Shown: one piece after another, positions 25,355 through 38,828 of the stretch
How the letters are laid out: each line of letters begins with the position of its first letter
Position numbering within the stretch: position 1 is the first letter of the stretch
Assembly: GCF_006345805.1 (NCBI RefSeq)
Contig: NC_043021.1
Location: forward strand, 21,576,001 to 21,640,000
Length of the DNA stretch: 64,000 bases
Reading direction: 5' to 3'
Source: Octopus sinensis
Lineage: Eukaryota
Position numbers and translations under genes: made by a program
The notes under the pieces: model-generated
Seen by the model: only the letters and a program-made list of their open reading frames with translations
Databases searched by the model: none
Told to the model about the DNA's origin: nothing

Positions 25355-25591
25355 GTGTGTTATATTTTTGCTAGTTTATTTTGTCTTTTTGTCTTCGCTC
25401 CTAGTGCTGTATGAACTTTTAATGTGGTTTTTAGTGTCAAGTTTTGGCTGCTATTTCAAGTGCGGTGGTATCTCTTAGATACCCTAAATTATAATTTTAA
25501 TAATAATTATTACCTTTGAAGGTTTTTATTCTCATGCTGGCCATTTGATAAGATCGGTATTTAAATAATGATCTCATCCATATTTATATAA

Positions 25592-25640
<49 letters not shown>

Positions 25641-25856
25641 GTATGTATATATTAGATTGTGACCAATCTAGGTATCCACCTTGAAGAGTATTAGCTGATT
25701 AAATTGACCTCAGGTAATTTTTCCTATTTCTTAAGCCTGCACTCATTCTGTTGGTATATTTTGCTGAACTGTCAAGCAGTGGTTGACAGACAGACAGACA
25801 CACACACACACACACTCTCTCTCTCTCTCTCTCTCTTGCATATATGTGTGTGTTTA

Positions 25857-25888
<32 letters not shown>

Positions 25889-25900
25889 GATGGGCTTCTT
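23740..25900 (+). repeat. Direct tandem duplication, period 1038-1039 bp
   Basis: GATGGGCTT at 23812, 24850 and 25889. The intervening sequences are near-identical. Confidence 0.9.
23902..24157 (+). mobile_element. SINE family C, tail type ii (duplicated at 24942-25196)
   Basis: OR-like head with tail ...GGTCGGTCACGTG, flanked by (TA)n. Confidence 0.8.
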
Positions 25901-26035
25901 TCAGTTTCCATCTACCAATTCCACCCACAAGGCTTTTGTTGGCCTGAGGCTATAGTAGAAGACACTTACCCAAGGTGCCCTGCAGTGGGACTGAACCCGG
26001 AACCATGTGATCAGGAAGCAAGCTTCTTACTACAG
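25655..26035 (-). mobile_element. SINE family A, diverged
   Basis: Family A homology. Confidence 0.7.
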
Positions 26036-26149
26036 GATTAGGTTCACCTTTTATGCAATTAAGGCACACGTAATTATATGCTTAAAACACCTTACATGAT
26101 ATAATACATTTTGCTGTTCAACATCATTCTTCATATGCATGTGTGTATG

Positions 26150-26185
<36 letters not shown>

Positions 26186-28084
26186 AATTCTCTGCATCAA
26201 TTGATATTTCGCTTCCAGTGTTGAAAGAAGGTTTGACACGATTTAAAGACAGAAGTCAATCGATCAATCAGTTTGTTAAAATAAATAAATAACAGTTTAC
26301 AAAGTGAGGCGAGTACGTCAGTTTGCTGTGCAGAAGAAAAAAGAGAGAGAGAGATGATGATGATGAGGATGATGATGATGACGATGATGCAGCCAAGACT
26401 CTTCTCCAGTGTCAGCAAACCAACTCATTCCACTTTGTAGTTAATATTTCGCTGATGGAGACCATCACCAGTTTTCTCATATTTTACTGTTTCCCTTTGA
26501 TGTTGAGTTAATCATTTTCACCGAGTTTGTCACTGAGAGACGGAAATGTGAAAGGAAACAAAAAAATAGCTGGACAAAAAAAAAATAACAACAACAATAA
26601 TAATAATAATAATAATAATAATAAAGAATTAAACAATTAGGAAAGTTACCAAGCTTGGGCATTTTTTTTTTGGTTACTAACCATGACTAAATAGCTTTCA
26701 ATAATAAAACAAAATACTTAAATATTTTCTTGTTTTTATTTATTTTCATTTTTTATTGTGTTCTTTAATTTTTTGATATTTTGTATTTAAAAAACAAATT
26801 AGCAATATTTTGTTAGCTCTCATGAATATTATTATGCTGTGTTCTTGTACCCCTTCAGAGCTGATATTTACATAAATAGCCCTTGGCACCTTATGGGGCA
26901 TAGGACACCAATGACTTTTCCCCTAGTCATGACTTTTCCCCTATTCTTGACACCATTTTCTGCTTCTCTTCAGTTGAATCCCAGCCTTTTCCTTTTGGGT
27001 TTCCCTGCATTACCTCATATTTTTCCCCGATGAAGGGCCATCCTCTGCCAAGTCTTGTTGGTTTTGAGTTGTCATTGATGTTTCTGTAACTTTGAATTTT
27101 TCTAGAAACAGCTGTTGGCCTTATACAAATTAACTTTCACCTCATATTCACCAAATTTCATTTTCCGAGAAGGACCGGTCCACCATGGAAGGTACTAAAG
27201 GGAGCTTGTACTCCACTGGCATAGATGTCATGGTTATTGTGGCACATAAGTCACCACACCACTACAAATACTGGACCTTGTGGAAAAATCTTCCCAGTTG
27301 TTAGTGTATGGCAAAACACACAAGGAGGATTTCATCCTTTGTTTAGACAGAAGCCAAGCCCTAAATTTCTACTCCAATACCATATATGTATATATGTGTA
27401 TATATGGACATTTTTAACATCCAACTTCCATGCATGTATGGGTAGGACTATATATATATTGAATACTCATTGGGGGTTGTTAGGGGACACAAAAACATGT
27501 AACTTCTGTTGAAGAATCTATATGCTGTAGCTCTTTGGATTCTGAGCTCACAACTGCCAAGGTTAACTCCACTTTTCATTTTTCCAGGGCCAATAAAATG
27601 AAGTACTAGTCAAGTACTGGGAACCAGTATTATCAGCATGTTCTCTCCCACTAAAACTGCTGGTTTTGTACCTAAATTTGAAACAATTTGCATTGAAGAC
27701 GAGTGATTGTCGTGTGCTAAGGACAGGTAAATACCCAGAAACTCGGGTCCATGCATATCACATCAGGATGACGATGGAAAGGATGGCTTCCCTTTGCAAA
27801 TACTGATAGGCCACAGAAAGTGTGTCAATAACCAGCTGGAGATGATGTTCTCCTGGGGCTACAAGCTACAGTAGCATCCATCCTTGGTGGTTAACCACAT
27901 TTAAGTGGCAAATATACTTCACATTGTCATGCAGCTACTGTTTACACCTCGTGCAGAGATTTCTTATTGCTTATATAATTATCATTAAGGCAGAAAGGAA
28001 GGTGACACACTGGCAGGATCGTTACTGTGCCAGACAAAATTCTTACCAGCATTTCTTTGGATTATACATTCTGTGTACAAATGC

Positions 28085-28950
28085 TGTAGGGGGTGACTTT
28101 GCCTTTTATTCTCTCAGTGTTGATAAAATAAGTACCAGTTAAACACTGGGGTCGATGTAATCAATTTACCCCCCACCCTCAAAATTGCTGGTCTTGTGCC
28201 AAAATTTGAAACTATCATTAAGAGGGCAAGCTAACAGTTCATAACTGATTTGCCCCTTCCCCTTAAAATTCTTTGCCTTGTACCAAAATTTGAAACTATC
28301 ATTAATGCAGCAAGCTAACCGTCATAACCAATTTGCCCCTCCCATTAAAATTGTTAGCCGTGTGTTAAAATTTTAAACCATTATTGAGGCAGCAAGCTGA
28401 CAGTCATAATCGATTTGGCCCCTTCCCCTTAAAATTCTTTGCCTTGTACCAAAATTTGAAACTATCATCAAGGCATCAAGCTAACTGTCAAAACCAATGT
28501 GCCCCTCCCCTTAAAATTCTTTGCCTTGTACCAAAATTTGAAACTATCATTAATGCAGCAAGCTAACCGTCATAACCAATTTGCCCCTCCCATTCAAATT
28601 GTTAGCCTTGTGTCAAAATTTCAAACCATTATTGAGGCAGCAAGCTGACAGTCGTAATCGATTTGGCCCCTTCCCCTTAAAATTCTTTGCCTTGTACCAA
28701 AATTTGAAACTATCATCAAGGCATCAAGCTAACTGTCAAAACCAATGTGCCCCTCCCCTTAAAATTCTTTGCCTTGTACCAAAATTTGAAACTATCATTA
28801 ATGCAGCAAGCTAACCGTCATAACCAATTTGCCCCTCCCATTCAAATTGTTAGCCTTGTGTCAAAATTTCAAACCATTATTGAGGCAGCAAGCTGACAGT
28901 CGTAATCGATTTGGCACCTCCCTTTGAAATCGCTAGCCTTGTCTCAAAAT
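28085..28950 (+). repeat. SINE family B 3' part followed by an 82-83-bp satellite with a 3-monomer (~248 bp) higher-order repeat
   Basis: Monomer starts at 28265, 28347, 28431, 28513, 28595, 28679, 28761 and 28843, in the order ABCABCAB. Confidence 0.88.
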
Positions 28951-29886
28951 TTGAAACAATATTTCTATTTACCATATTTCCTTCTTCGTATTTGTTATGC
29001 TTACTATATTATATTTGTTATTTGCACTTCATAGTATTTATACCGTTATATATATATATATACTACGTTTGCTTTTTGTTTACATTATTCTCTTAACACA
29101 ACTGTCTTTACATCGCCAGAGTGTGTATGGCATTAATGTATGAAGCTACTTATTACTGATTGGTCTTCATTTATTGTGAAAATCTTTCATCACATAAATG
29201 GAAGTTGATTCCGATAAACCATAACCTACTGAAGTGCAACGGTCTTGCTAGAATCAACCCATAAAGAATTGTTTATGTATAAACATGCACACAAACACAC
29301 ACACACACACACACACATCTATGCACGCACATACATGTATGCACACATATATTACTGCATATAACTGTGTGTGTTTATGTATACACATGTATGAATATTT
29401 ACATACATATATATATATATGTATATATATACACAGCTGTATGTGTGTGTATGTGCTTCTGTTAGTGCACATAGATATACATATATGTTTAAAGGGATTC
29501 AATTCATCCTTCTCATGTATATGAATTTACGCTTCTGGGTCTTCAGTCATGACAACAACAACAACAACAGCCCTTTGTATGTAAATGAAAAGCAGAAATA
29601 AGCAACTTTGTGGAAGAAAATAGATATTCGCACAATAAAAGTGTGTATTATATGTATATACATCATGTAGGTATATATCATATATATATATATATAATGT
29701 ATACATATGTATATATATGTATGTATATATTTATACACTATATATATGTGTGTATTTGTGTATATATATGTATATGTGTGTGTATATATATGATGTATAA
29801 GTATAAAAAGTAATTTTCTTGGCCTCAGTTGCAATTCAGTTCTTCTTTGCTTTTTCAATACCAGCTTGCTTGCAAATCACTTTCTC

Positions 29887-29920
<34 letters not shown>

Positions 29921-30623
29921 TGTGTTCTGTCGGTGGGGCAGGGTTCCCATTTAGCAGGGATATTCTGTTTTTACTGTTTTTTTACGTCCGCTTTGTCATT
30001 GAGGTTTATTGAGGTCAATCAAATATTACGTGGTTCTTTACACAATGTTAATACCGAGAAATTGTTGTTGTTGTTACTCTTGTTGCCGTTGTTATCGTTA
30101 TTTATTTATTTATTTTTTTTTTTTAATATATTTTCTTATATTTACATATTTACTTATGCCGCTTACTCAACATCTAAATGGATCTTTCATTAAATGCCTG
30201 TTCATGGTGGTTTCTTGGTTCTTATCTGAGGCTACGGTTGTCTTTGAGTTTTCGGTTAAAAATTACTACGCACTCTCTGTTTTTTTTTTTTGTGTGTATG
30301 TGTACGTTTTTAAGGCAACATGCGGGTGTATATACACATCTCCCACACATATAGACACATATACCCATTATATAATATCTGTTCCCAAATACATTATATG
30401 CCATATATACATATTTATATATATATGGACACAAATACAATACACATATAATATGCTTATTTACACATAATGAGTGCTTGTGTGTGTGTATATATATATT
30501 ATATATATATATATGTGTATATATATAATATATATATATATACAAACACATATTTATATATATATAATATATATACAAACACATTATATATATATATATA
30601 TATACACATAGATATATACACAC

Positions 30624-30662
<39 letters not shown>

Positions 30663-30730
30663 TATTATATATATATATACACAAACACACACATTATATA
30701 TATATATATACACATAGATATATACACACC

Positions 30731-30772
<42 letters not shown>

Positions 30773-31388
30773 AACCACACACATTATATATATATACACA
30801 TAGATATATACACACACACATTATATATATATATATATATATATATACACAAACCACACACATTATATATATATATATATATATATATACACAAACACAC
30901 ACATTATATATATATAATATATATATATACACAAACACACACATTATATATATATATACACATAGATATATACAGACACACATTATATATGTATATATAT
31001 GTTATATATAAATAATGGCTTTTTATTTCTTTTCAACGTCTTGCTAGCTTCACATAAAGCTTTTGATATTCCTTTCTCGTATGAGCTTGGCAAGAAAACT
31101 GATTTGGAATTGTATGTTAAAACAGATATTGTTGCAATTTGCTAAAGTAATATTCGTCATTTACTTTATACACACTGATCTTTATTCAACCTTTTATTAC
31201 TTCTTTTTATGTTTTTTTTTTCTTTTTCTTTTTTCTTCTTTTTTTTTGTTTTGCTTATACTTAATAGTATCTCAGGCTTTCATGTTCCATCTATATCCTG
31301 GTCACAGACACTCTACTTCACTCATGTGTATTTGTATATATAAATGTGTGTGTGTATATCTACATGTGCATATGTATTTGCATGTATA

Positions 31389-31419
<31 letters not shown>

Positions 31420-31618
31420 GAATATACATGTATCTATGTATATATATATATATATATATGAATATGCAAGTATGTATATATGCATGAATATACATGTATA
31501 TGCTTATATGTGTATATACATGAGTATGCATGTACATGCATATGTGTATATATATATATCAAAAGACATGTGTGTATATATATATATATATATATGTAAA
31601 TAGGTGTATATATGTGCG

Positions 31619-31655
<37 letters not shown>

Positions 31656-32109
31656 GCATGTATATTGAAGTACAAGTTGGCTAAGACGAGGAGACACTTG
31701 AAAATATGTGCTCTACATAATATTGAAATAAATACATACATATTCATGTACTATGAATGCATTTATGTATCTATTCATTTTAATGTATGTGGATTCATGT
31801 ATGTGACATTTTGAGTCACTTTTTTGGATTTTGCCATTTTTGCGTATTTTAGTACGTTATCATTTTATGCCTTAAGTTTATTTTCATACTTACCTGAGCA
31901 CCCTGCTAAAATGCTTTAGACAATGAAATATTATGAAACTAACAAAAGTGAAATACCTTTGTTGTACTTGTGAAATAATCATTTCTATTTGCTGTGTGTA
32001 AGTGTGCTTCTCTCCGTATATGCTTGTGTGTGTTTATGTCCACTTCTGAATGCCATGCAGTGGGACAGAACCTGGAACCATGTGAGTGGGAAGCAAGCTT
32101 CTTACCACA

Positions 32110-32525
32110 CAAGGACAGCAATTTTGAAGGCTGGGTAAGTCAGTTACAGCAACCCCAGTGTTCAACTAGTACTTACTTTATCAACCCCCGAAAGGATGAA
32201 AGGAAAAGCTGACCTTGATGGAATTTGAACTCAGGACATAAAGGCAGAAGAAACGCCACTATGTATTTTGCCTGGCATGCTAATGATTCTGTCAGCTCAC
32301 CACCCTAGGGTTTCAAAATTTGGTACAAGGCCAGCAAGTTCACGGGAGAGGTAAGTCAATTACATCGACCCCAGTGCTCACTTGGTACTTGTTTTATCAA
32401 CCCCGAAAGGATGAAAGGAAAAGTTAACCTTGGTAGGATTTGAACTCAGAATGTAAAGATGAACGAAATGCTGCTAAGCTTTTTGCCCAGCATCCTAATA
32501 ATTCTGCCTGCTTGCAGCCTTATAT
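32110..32525 (-). mobile_element. Two adjacent older SINE family B copies
   Basis: Two CCCCGAAAGGATGAAAGG domains and two heads. Confidence 0.7.
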
Positions 32526-32578
32526 GAATAATAAAATATTGAGAAACAAGTGGAAATATCACAGATTTTTAGGCACAA

Positions 32579-33134
32579 ATCTTGCCCAGGACATCAATCG
32601 TCTGGAAGCTGTTCAGCAACGTGCAACCAAAAGAATACCCTCCATCAGGCATTTGCCGTATTCTGAACGTCTTACTTCCCTGGGCATGGACACATTGAAA
32701 CTCCGACGTCTGGCAGCTGACTTGGCAGACACCCATAAAATTATCAACCATCTTACAAACAATAACTCAGAGCACCTTTTCAAACTCCACCCGTCTAACA
32801 CCTGTGGACATATTTACAAAGTCAGAAAACAGCACAGCTCCCATGACTTCAGGAAGCATTTTTTCACGCTGAGAGTTGCTGAAGCATGGAACAAACTGCC
32901 GGCATCAGTTGTTAGTTGTCGGAGCACTGCATCCTTCAAAACTTCCATGCTTCCTGAGATTCGCCAACAGTACACCTGATTTTCTCCCCTCCATACACAT
33001 ACAAGCATGTATCTGACTCGTACATTATTCGCTTTCCAGACATTTGTACATCACTGCATATACTCTATATGCACTTTCTGCCAAGTTGTGGTGCACCTGA
33101 GCACTGTATGCAATAATTTCATTATTATTATTAT
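32579..33134 (+). mobile_element. CR1-clade LINE 3' end, 5'-truncated
   Basis: Open frame DINRLEAVQQRATKRIP...LRRLAADL...FFTLRVAEAWNKLP..., typical of the CR1 ORF2 C-terminus, then a UTR and an (ATT)n tail. Confidence 0.9.
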
Positions 33135-33506
33135 AAATTTATGAAGATTGCTTATGGTAGTTGCATTGGCAGGTGTCACACCATCTCATTATATCTTGTT
33201 CTCCAGTGCAAATAACCAACACCTGATATGTCTATTACATTAATTAATGATTGTGTTACCTTTAAGAAACATTTTCAATTATCTAAATGATAATTCTCCT
33301 GGAAAGATTAAAAGAATGTTAAACTTTCATCCACCTGTTAGCTATTCGAGTGGATGACAATAAAACCATTGGGGTTAATGTACTACCCTGGTGGCTAATC
33401 ACAGTAACAAAAAACATCACAGGTAAAAATACAAGGCTTACATCCTGTATGACAATTCACCTGAACAAGTTATAAACAGCCATACAGGTGGAGTAATGAT
33501 TTTTGC

Positions 33507-33704
33507 TAACATAACATGGCAGTCCAGATTTAGGATGAATGTTGCGGTAATTTAGCCCCGGGTGACATTATCTCCGGCTGCCTGTACGACACAATCTGTG
33601 TCCTTATATTTTCAGATCTTGTCGTATAGCCAGCTGGAGACAATGTCTCCTGGCACTAAATTACAGCAACATTCATCCTAAACCAGGACTGCCATGTTAT
33701 GTTA
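33507..33704. repeat. Fold-back (palindromic MITE-like) element, ~84-bp arms and 30-nt loop
   Basis: 33507-33590 is the reverse complement of 33621-33704, with about 10 mismatches. Confidence 0.85.
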
Positions 33705-33925
33705 CTCTTTTACTCTTTTACTTGTTTCAGTCATTTGACTGCGGCCATGCTGGAGCACCGCCTTTAATCAAGTAACTCGACCCCGGGACTTATTCTTTGT
33801 AAGCCCAGTACTTATTCTATCGATTTCTTTTGCCGAACCGCTAAGTGACGGGGACGTAAACACACCAGCATCGGTTGTCAAGCAATGCTAGGGGGACAAA
33901 CACAGACACACAAATACACACATGC

Positions 33926-33958
<33 letters not shown>

Positions 33959-34006
33959 TACGACGGTCTTCTTTTCAGTTTCCGTCTACCAAATCCACTC
34001 ACAAGG
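33703..34006 (-). mobile_element. SINE family A, 5'-truncated
   Basis: Family A homology, no head. Confidence 0.82.
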
Positions 34007-34223
34007 CAAAAATCTTTACTCCAAAGTATTGTTGCTGAATATCTCTCATTGTGAGATTGAAAAATAGTAATTTTCTAAGGCCTACAGTTGATCTGGAAAA
34101 AGATGAAGTCGAAATATGATACTCGTACATTGTAGTTTATGCATGATAGATTTATAGTTTCATACCTTATTCCAGCATGGTGTCAAAAATTTGTAGTTAG
34201 ATATATGAATTATCTTTCAGTAT

Positions 34224-34387
34224 ATAGGTGCAAGTGCAGCTGTGTGGTAAGATGCTTCCTTCCCAACACATGGTTTCAGGTTCAGTCCCACTGTGTGGCA
34301 CCTTGGGCAAGTGTCTTCTTCTATAACCTCAGGTCAACCAAAACCTTGTGAGTGGATTTGGTTGAGAGAAACTGAAAGAAGCCTGTC

Positions 34388-34448
<61 letters not shown>

Positions 34449-34544
34449 GGTCCCGGGTTGAGTCGGGGTTAACCACAGTAATTAAGGTACTCAATACATA
34501 GCAGAGTAAATTAATTTATTTTATAGAAGGAGCTCCTTCTATAA

Positions 34545-34576
<32 letters not shown>

Positions 34577-35310
34577 CTGTGTGTGTCTTTGCCCGTCGTG
34601 TGTATATATATGTGTGTGTGTGTCTTTGTGTCTCTTTTTGTCCCCCACCATCATGTGACAACCGACGTTGGTGTGCTTATGTCCCCAAAACTGAGCACTT
34701 CGGCAAAAGAGACCAATTGAATAAGTACTAGGCTTACAAAGGAATAAGTCCTGGGCTCGAATTCTTTTACTAAAAATCCCTTTAACCCTTTCATTACTGT
34801 ATTTCTGTTGAGATGCTCCGTATTTCTTTCAATTACTTTAAATATAACAAAGAATTTAGTAAAATAACTTAGTTATCATTTAGCTAGTGTTAGGAACATA
34901 AATTGTGTCTAAGGTTTGGTGGAAGATTTTAATTCAAAACTTATGAAAACAAGACATTTGTACTAGAGAGCCAGAGCCGGTTTCAGCCGGGTTGGTATCG
35001 AAAGGGTTAGAATTGTTTCTCTATTATATATTTTAACCCTTTTGTTACCATATTTCTGTTGAGAGCTTGAGAGGCTCTGGTTTCTTTCAATTACTTAAAT
35101 ATAACAAAGAATTTAGTAAAAAACGGTTATCATTCAGCTAGTGTTAGGAACGTAAATTGTGACTAAGGTTTGGTGGAAGATTTTAATTCAAAACTTATGA
35201 AATTAGACATTTGTACTTAGAGCCAGAGGCAGTTTCAGCCAGGTTGGTAATGAAAGGGTTAAGGTAGTGTTCCAGAATGGCCACAGTCAAATGACTGGAA
35301 TGTGGGTGCA
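34224..35310 (+). mobile_element. SINE family A (older), interrupted by TTAA MITEs
   Basis: Head at 34224. The 3' end resumes at 35263 (GGTAGTGTTCCAGAATGGCCACAGTC). Confidence 0.78.
34786..35258 (+). mobile_element. Two piggyBac-like TTAA MITEs in tandem (34786-35006 and 35037-35258)
   Basis: CCCTTT...AAAGGG termini. TTAA at 34782, 35033 and 35259, and TTAG at 35007. Confidence 0.82.
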
Positions 35311-35489
35311 TCCAATGGAAGAGTGCATTTTATACACTGGTAAATAAGGTGGTGCATATACAAGGAAAACTTGAACAGTCATCATTATTTTAAATTAGAT
35401 TTAATTGCATAGTCTGTTATAATGAGGGTGGTGAGTTGGGCAGTGGCTGGTGTTTGCTTTGCTGAAGAATTTCCTCCTTTGTAATTCTA

Positions 35490-36755
35490 TTAAGTTGTTC
35501 CAAAAATAATGACTGCTCTAAGGGTTGTGTTTTGAAACACAATTTTATCATAGTATTTTAATTATATTTTAGGTGAATTTCAACATACTTAACAATTGAA
35601 GTATGCTCTTTAATCATTTTTTACTTATTTCAGGCAGAAGACATTCTTAATTATGACACCCTTAATTATGAACATGACGAAAAAGGACCTTTGCTTACTT
35701 TTCTTGCATGAGTTCAAGCTTTGGCACAATGCCTCCCAAACTGCTGCTGATATCAACAGAGCATGGGGAGAGGGGTCCACAAGTGATCGCACAGTACAAA
35801 GGGGGTTTCAGAAATTCTGTAGTGGTGATGAGAGCCTTGAGGATGAAGAAGGTAGAGGACGGTCATGTAGTCTTGACAATGAACAATTGAAAGCAATTGC
35901 TAAACAAAACCCACATCAAAGGGTCAGAGAAATGTCTCAGGAATTTGGTGTCGGTATTACAACAGTCTCGCGCAATCTGCAGAAGATTGGTAGGGTGGGA
36001 AAGTTCGATAAATGGGGACCACATGAGCTCAATGAAAATCAAAAAGTTCAGCGCTTTGAAGCATGCTTGATGCTCTTTCTATGAAACACCAATGATCCTT
36101 TTCTTGACCAAACAGTCACTTGTGATGAAAAGTGGATCCTTTATGATAACCCTAAATGATCAGGTCAATGGCTTGATTGTGATGAGTCCCCCAAACATTT
36201 CCCAAAGCCAAGGTTGTATCAGCAAAAGATTATGGTGACTGTCTGGTGGTCTGCGATTGGTGTTGTCAATTACAACTTTCTGGAAGCCAGTCAGAGCATT
36301 ACAGCAGAGGTTTACTGCAATCATGTCACTGAAATGCATGCTCAATTGCAAAAAATGAGACCTGCATTGGGGAATTGGTGTGGCCCAGTTCTGCTCCATG
36401 ATAATGCAAAGCCACATGTTGCAAGAATGACGCTGCAGAAACTCACAGACTTGGGATAAGAGACTTTACCACATCCTCCATATTCTCCTGATCTTTCATT
36501 CACTCACTACCATTTTTTAAAGCATTTAAACACGTTTTTAAGTGATAAAACTTTCAAGTCCAAACCAGAGGTGAAATCAGCTTTCAAAGATTTCTGAGCA
36601 CCAAAACCAATAATTTTTTATCAACGAGGCATAATCTCATTGATTGATGGCAGAGATGCATTGATGTTCACGGCTCATACTTTGACTAATCAAAATATTT
36701 CTATTCTCTTTTACAAATTTTTCTGAAATCAGCCATTATTTTTGAGACAACCAAA
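35490..36755 (+). mobile_element. Full-length defective mariner transposon (1266 bp)
   Basis: Imperfect ~28-bp TIRs (TTAAGTTGTTCCAAAAATAATGACTG vs the reverse complement of CAGCCATTATTTTTGAGACAACCAAA), TA dinucleotides at 35488 and 36756, and an internal transposase. Confidence 0.9.
35653..36689 (+). pseudogene. Mariner DD34D transposase pseudogene
   Basis: Motifs W(G)PHEL, TCDEKW, HDNAKPH, HPPYSPDL and C-terminal WQRCIDVHGSYFD*. Four in-frame stops, a 3' frameshift, and the third catalytic D changed to H. Confidence 0.92.
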
Positions 36756-36847
36756 TACCTTACCAGATGACTTTCAGGTGCTTCCATAGATATTTTTGAT
36801 AAAATGTTTCCACCTATGCTGTAAATTTCCATAACATATATCTACAT

Positions 36848-37068
36848 CAGTGGTTTTCAACCAGGGTTCCGCGGAACCTTAGGGTTCCGCCAGTACAGCC
36901 CAAGGGTTCCGCAAGAAGTTACAAAACTGCTAAAATCGGCAGTAATTTTTAATTTTCCTGTGCAGATATGTGTGCATATAAGACTATTAAATTTTTGCAC
37001 AGGGGTTCCTTGAGCCAGTGGAATGTTTCCTTGGGGTTCCGCTCCAGCAAAAAGGTTGAAAAGCACTG
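36848..37068 (-). mobile_element. hAT-type MITE (221 bp), same family as 2246-2464
   Basis: Reverse-complement homolog with a perfect 8-bp TSD ATCTACAT (36840-36847 and 37069-37076). Confidence 0.9.
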
Positions 37069-38219
37069 ATCTACATTTAAGGTATCAGTGTCCAGAAGAT
37101 GTGGATCTCTTCATGGTTTGGCTATAGTAAAAGACTCCGAGGAGCCATGCAGTGGAACTGAACCCGGAACTGTGTGACAGGAAAGCAAGTTTCTTACCAC
37201 ACAGCCAGCCATGCTTTTCATCCTTTCTACTGTTTACTATCCGACAGGAAGGGCATCCAGTTGTAGAAGTTCTGTCTTAACACAAAATTCTTGTCCAACC
37301 TGTTGAGGCATGGTAAAGTCGACATAAGGAAGATGATGATGATGATGATGTATGCACCCAACCCCACTTCATAACACCCTCCCTTCTGTATGGCATGTTT
37401 TCATATTGTATGTATGAGTCCTTGAGGCAAATAACGAAAGAGTTATTAATAATTTCTCTATATTATGTATTGTTATCGTTATTATTATTGTTAGCGTTGT
37501 TGTTGTTGTTGTTGTTATTGTGATGAAAATTAATTTTTCATTGCTATTTATATTGTTGTTGTATTATTTACTATTATTGTGTTGTTGCAGTTTTGAAGGC
37601 TCACGAAAGTTGAGAGGAGGAGGAGGAGGGGAGACCTACAGCTACACAGCACACACATACACATACGCAATGGAGAGAGAGAGAGAGAGAGAAGCACAAG
37701 AGAAGAGGAAAATGGTTGTTTGGTATATCTGATTACGGTATAGATATATTATATATATATTATATATATATTTAATACATATATTATTATATATATTTAT
37801 ATAATATAGATAATAATATATATACATATATATATGATATAGATATATATATTATATACATATATTATATTATATATATAATATATTATATATTTATATA
37901 CATTATAACATATATATATATACAGTTTAGATATACACACACACATATATATATATATACATATATATACACACATATATATATATACAAATATATATAT
38001 ATATATACACACACATATAATATACACACACATATATATATATATATATATATTATACAACACATATATATATACACACATATATTATATATACACACAT
38101 AATATATATACACACATATATATATATATATACACACACATATATATATACACACATATATATATACACAAACTATATATATACACACATGTATATATGT
38201 GTTTGCCTCTCACTCTCTT

Positions 38220-38252
<33 letters not shown>

Positions 38253-38615
38253 TATTATATATATATACATATATATATGTATATACACACACATATATAT
38301 CATTATCTCTCTGCCCCCTTATTCACTCTTATTTGCCTTCACCTCTCCTCTCTCTCACCGCCACCACCAGGGGTAGCACAGGATTTTTTTTTTTTCTTTT
38401 CCTTTTGTTTTTCTTTTTTTCTTTTTTTTCCGTCTGTAAATGTCTCTTAATAAGCATTAGCAAGGGAACACTGAAACCAGTGTAACCCTCCCTGCGGGTT
38501 TCTAAACGATTTTATTCGTCTTCAAAACCATTGAGGGCATTTTATAGATCGGTTCCGACAGGCAGGCATCAATTAATTGACATTGTTTATTGGATTTTAT
38601 TGGCTACTATTGCCG

Positions 38616-38666
<51 letters not shown>

Positions 38667-38794
38667 TACTACTACTACTGTTACTACTACTACTGTTGCT
38701 GCTGTTGTCATCAGTAGTAGCAGTGGTGGAGGTGGTGGTTGCAGTGATGGTGGTGGTGGTTATAATGGTAAATATCTCAAAACTTAGCTTAAGC

Positions 38795-38828
<34 letters not shown>

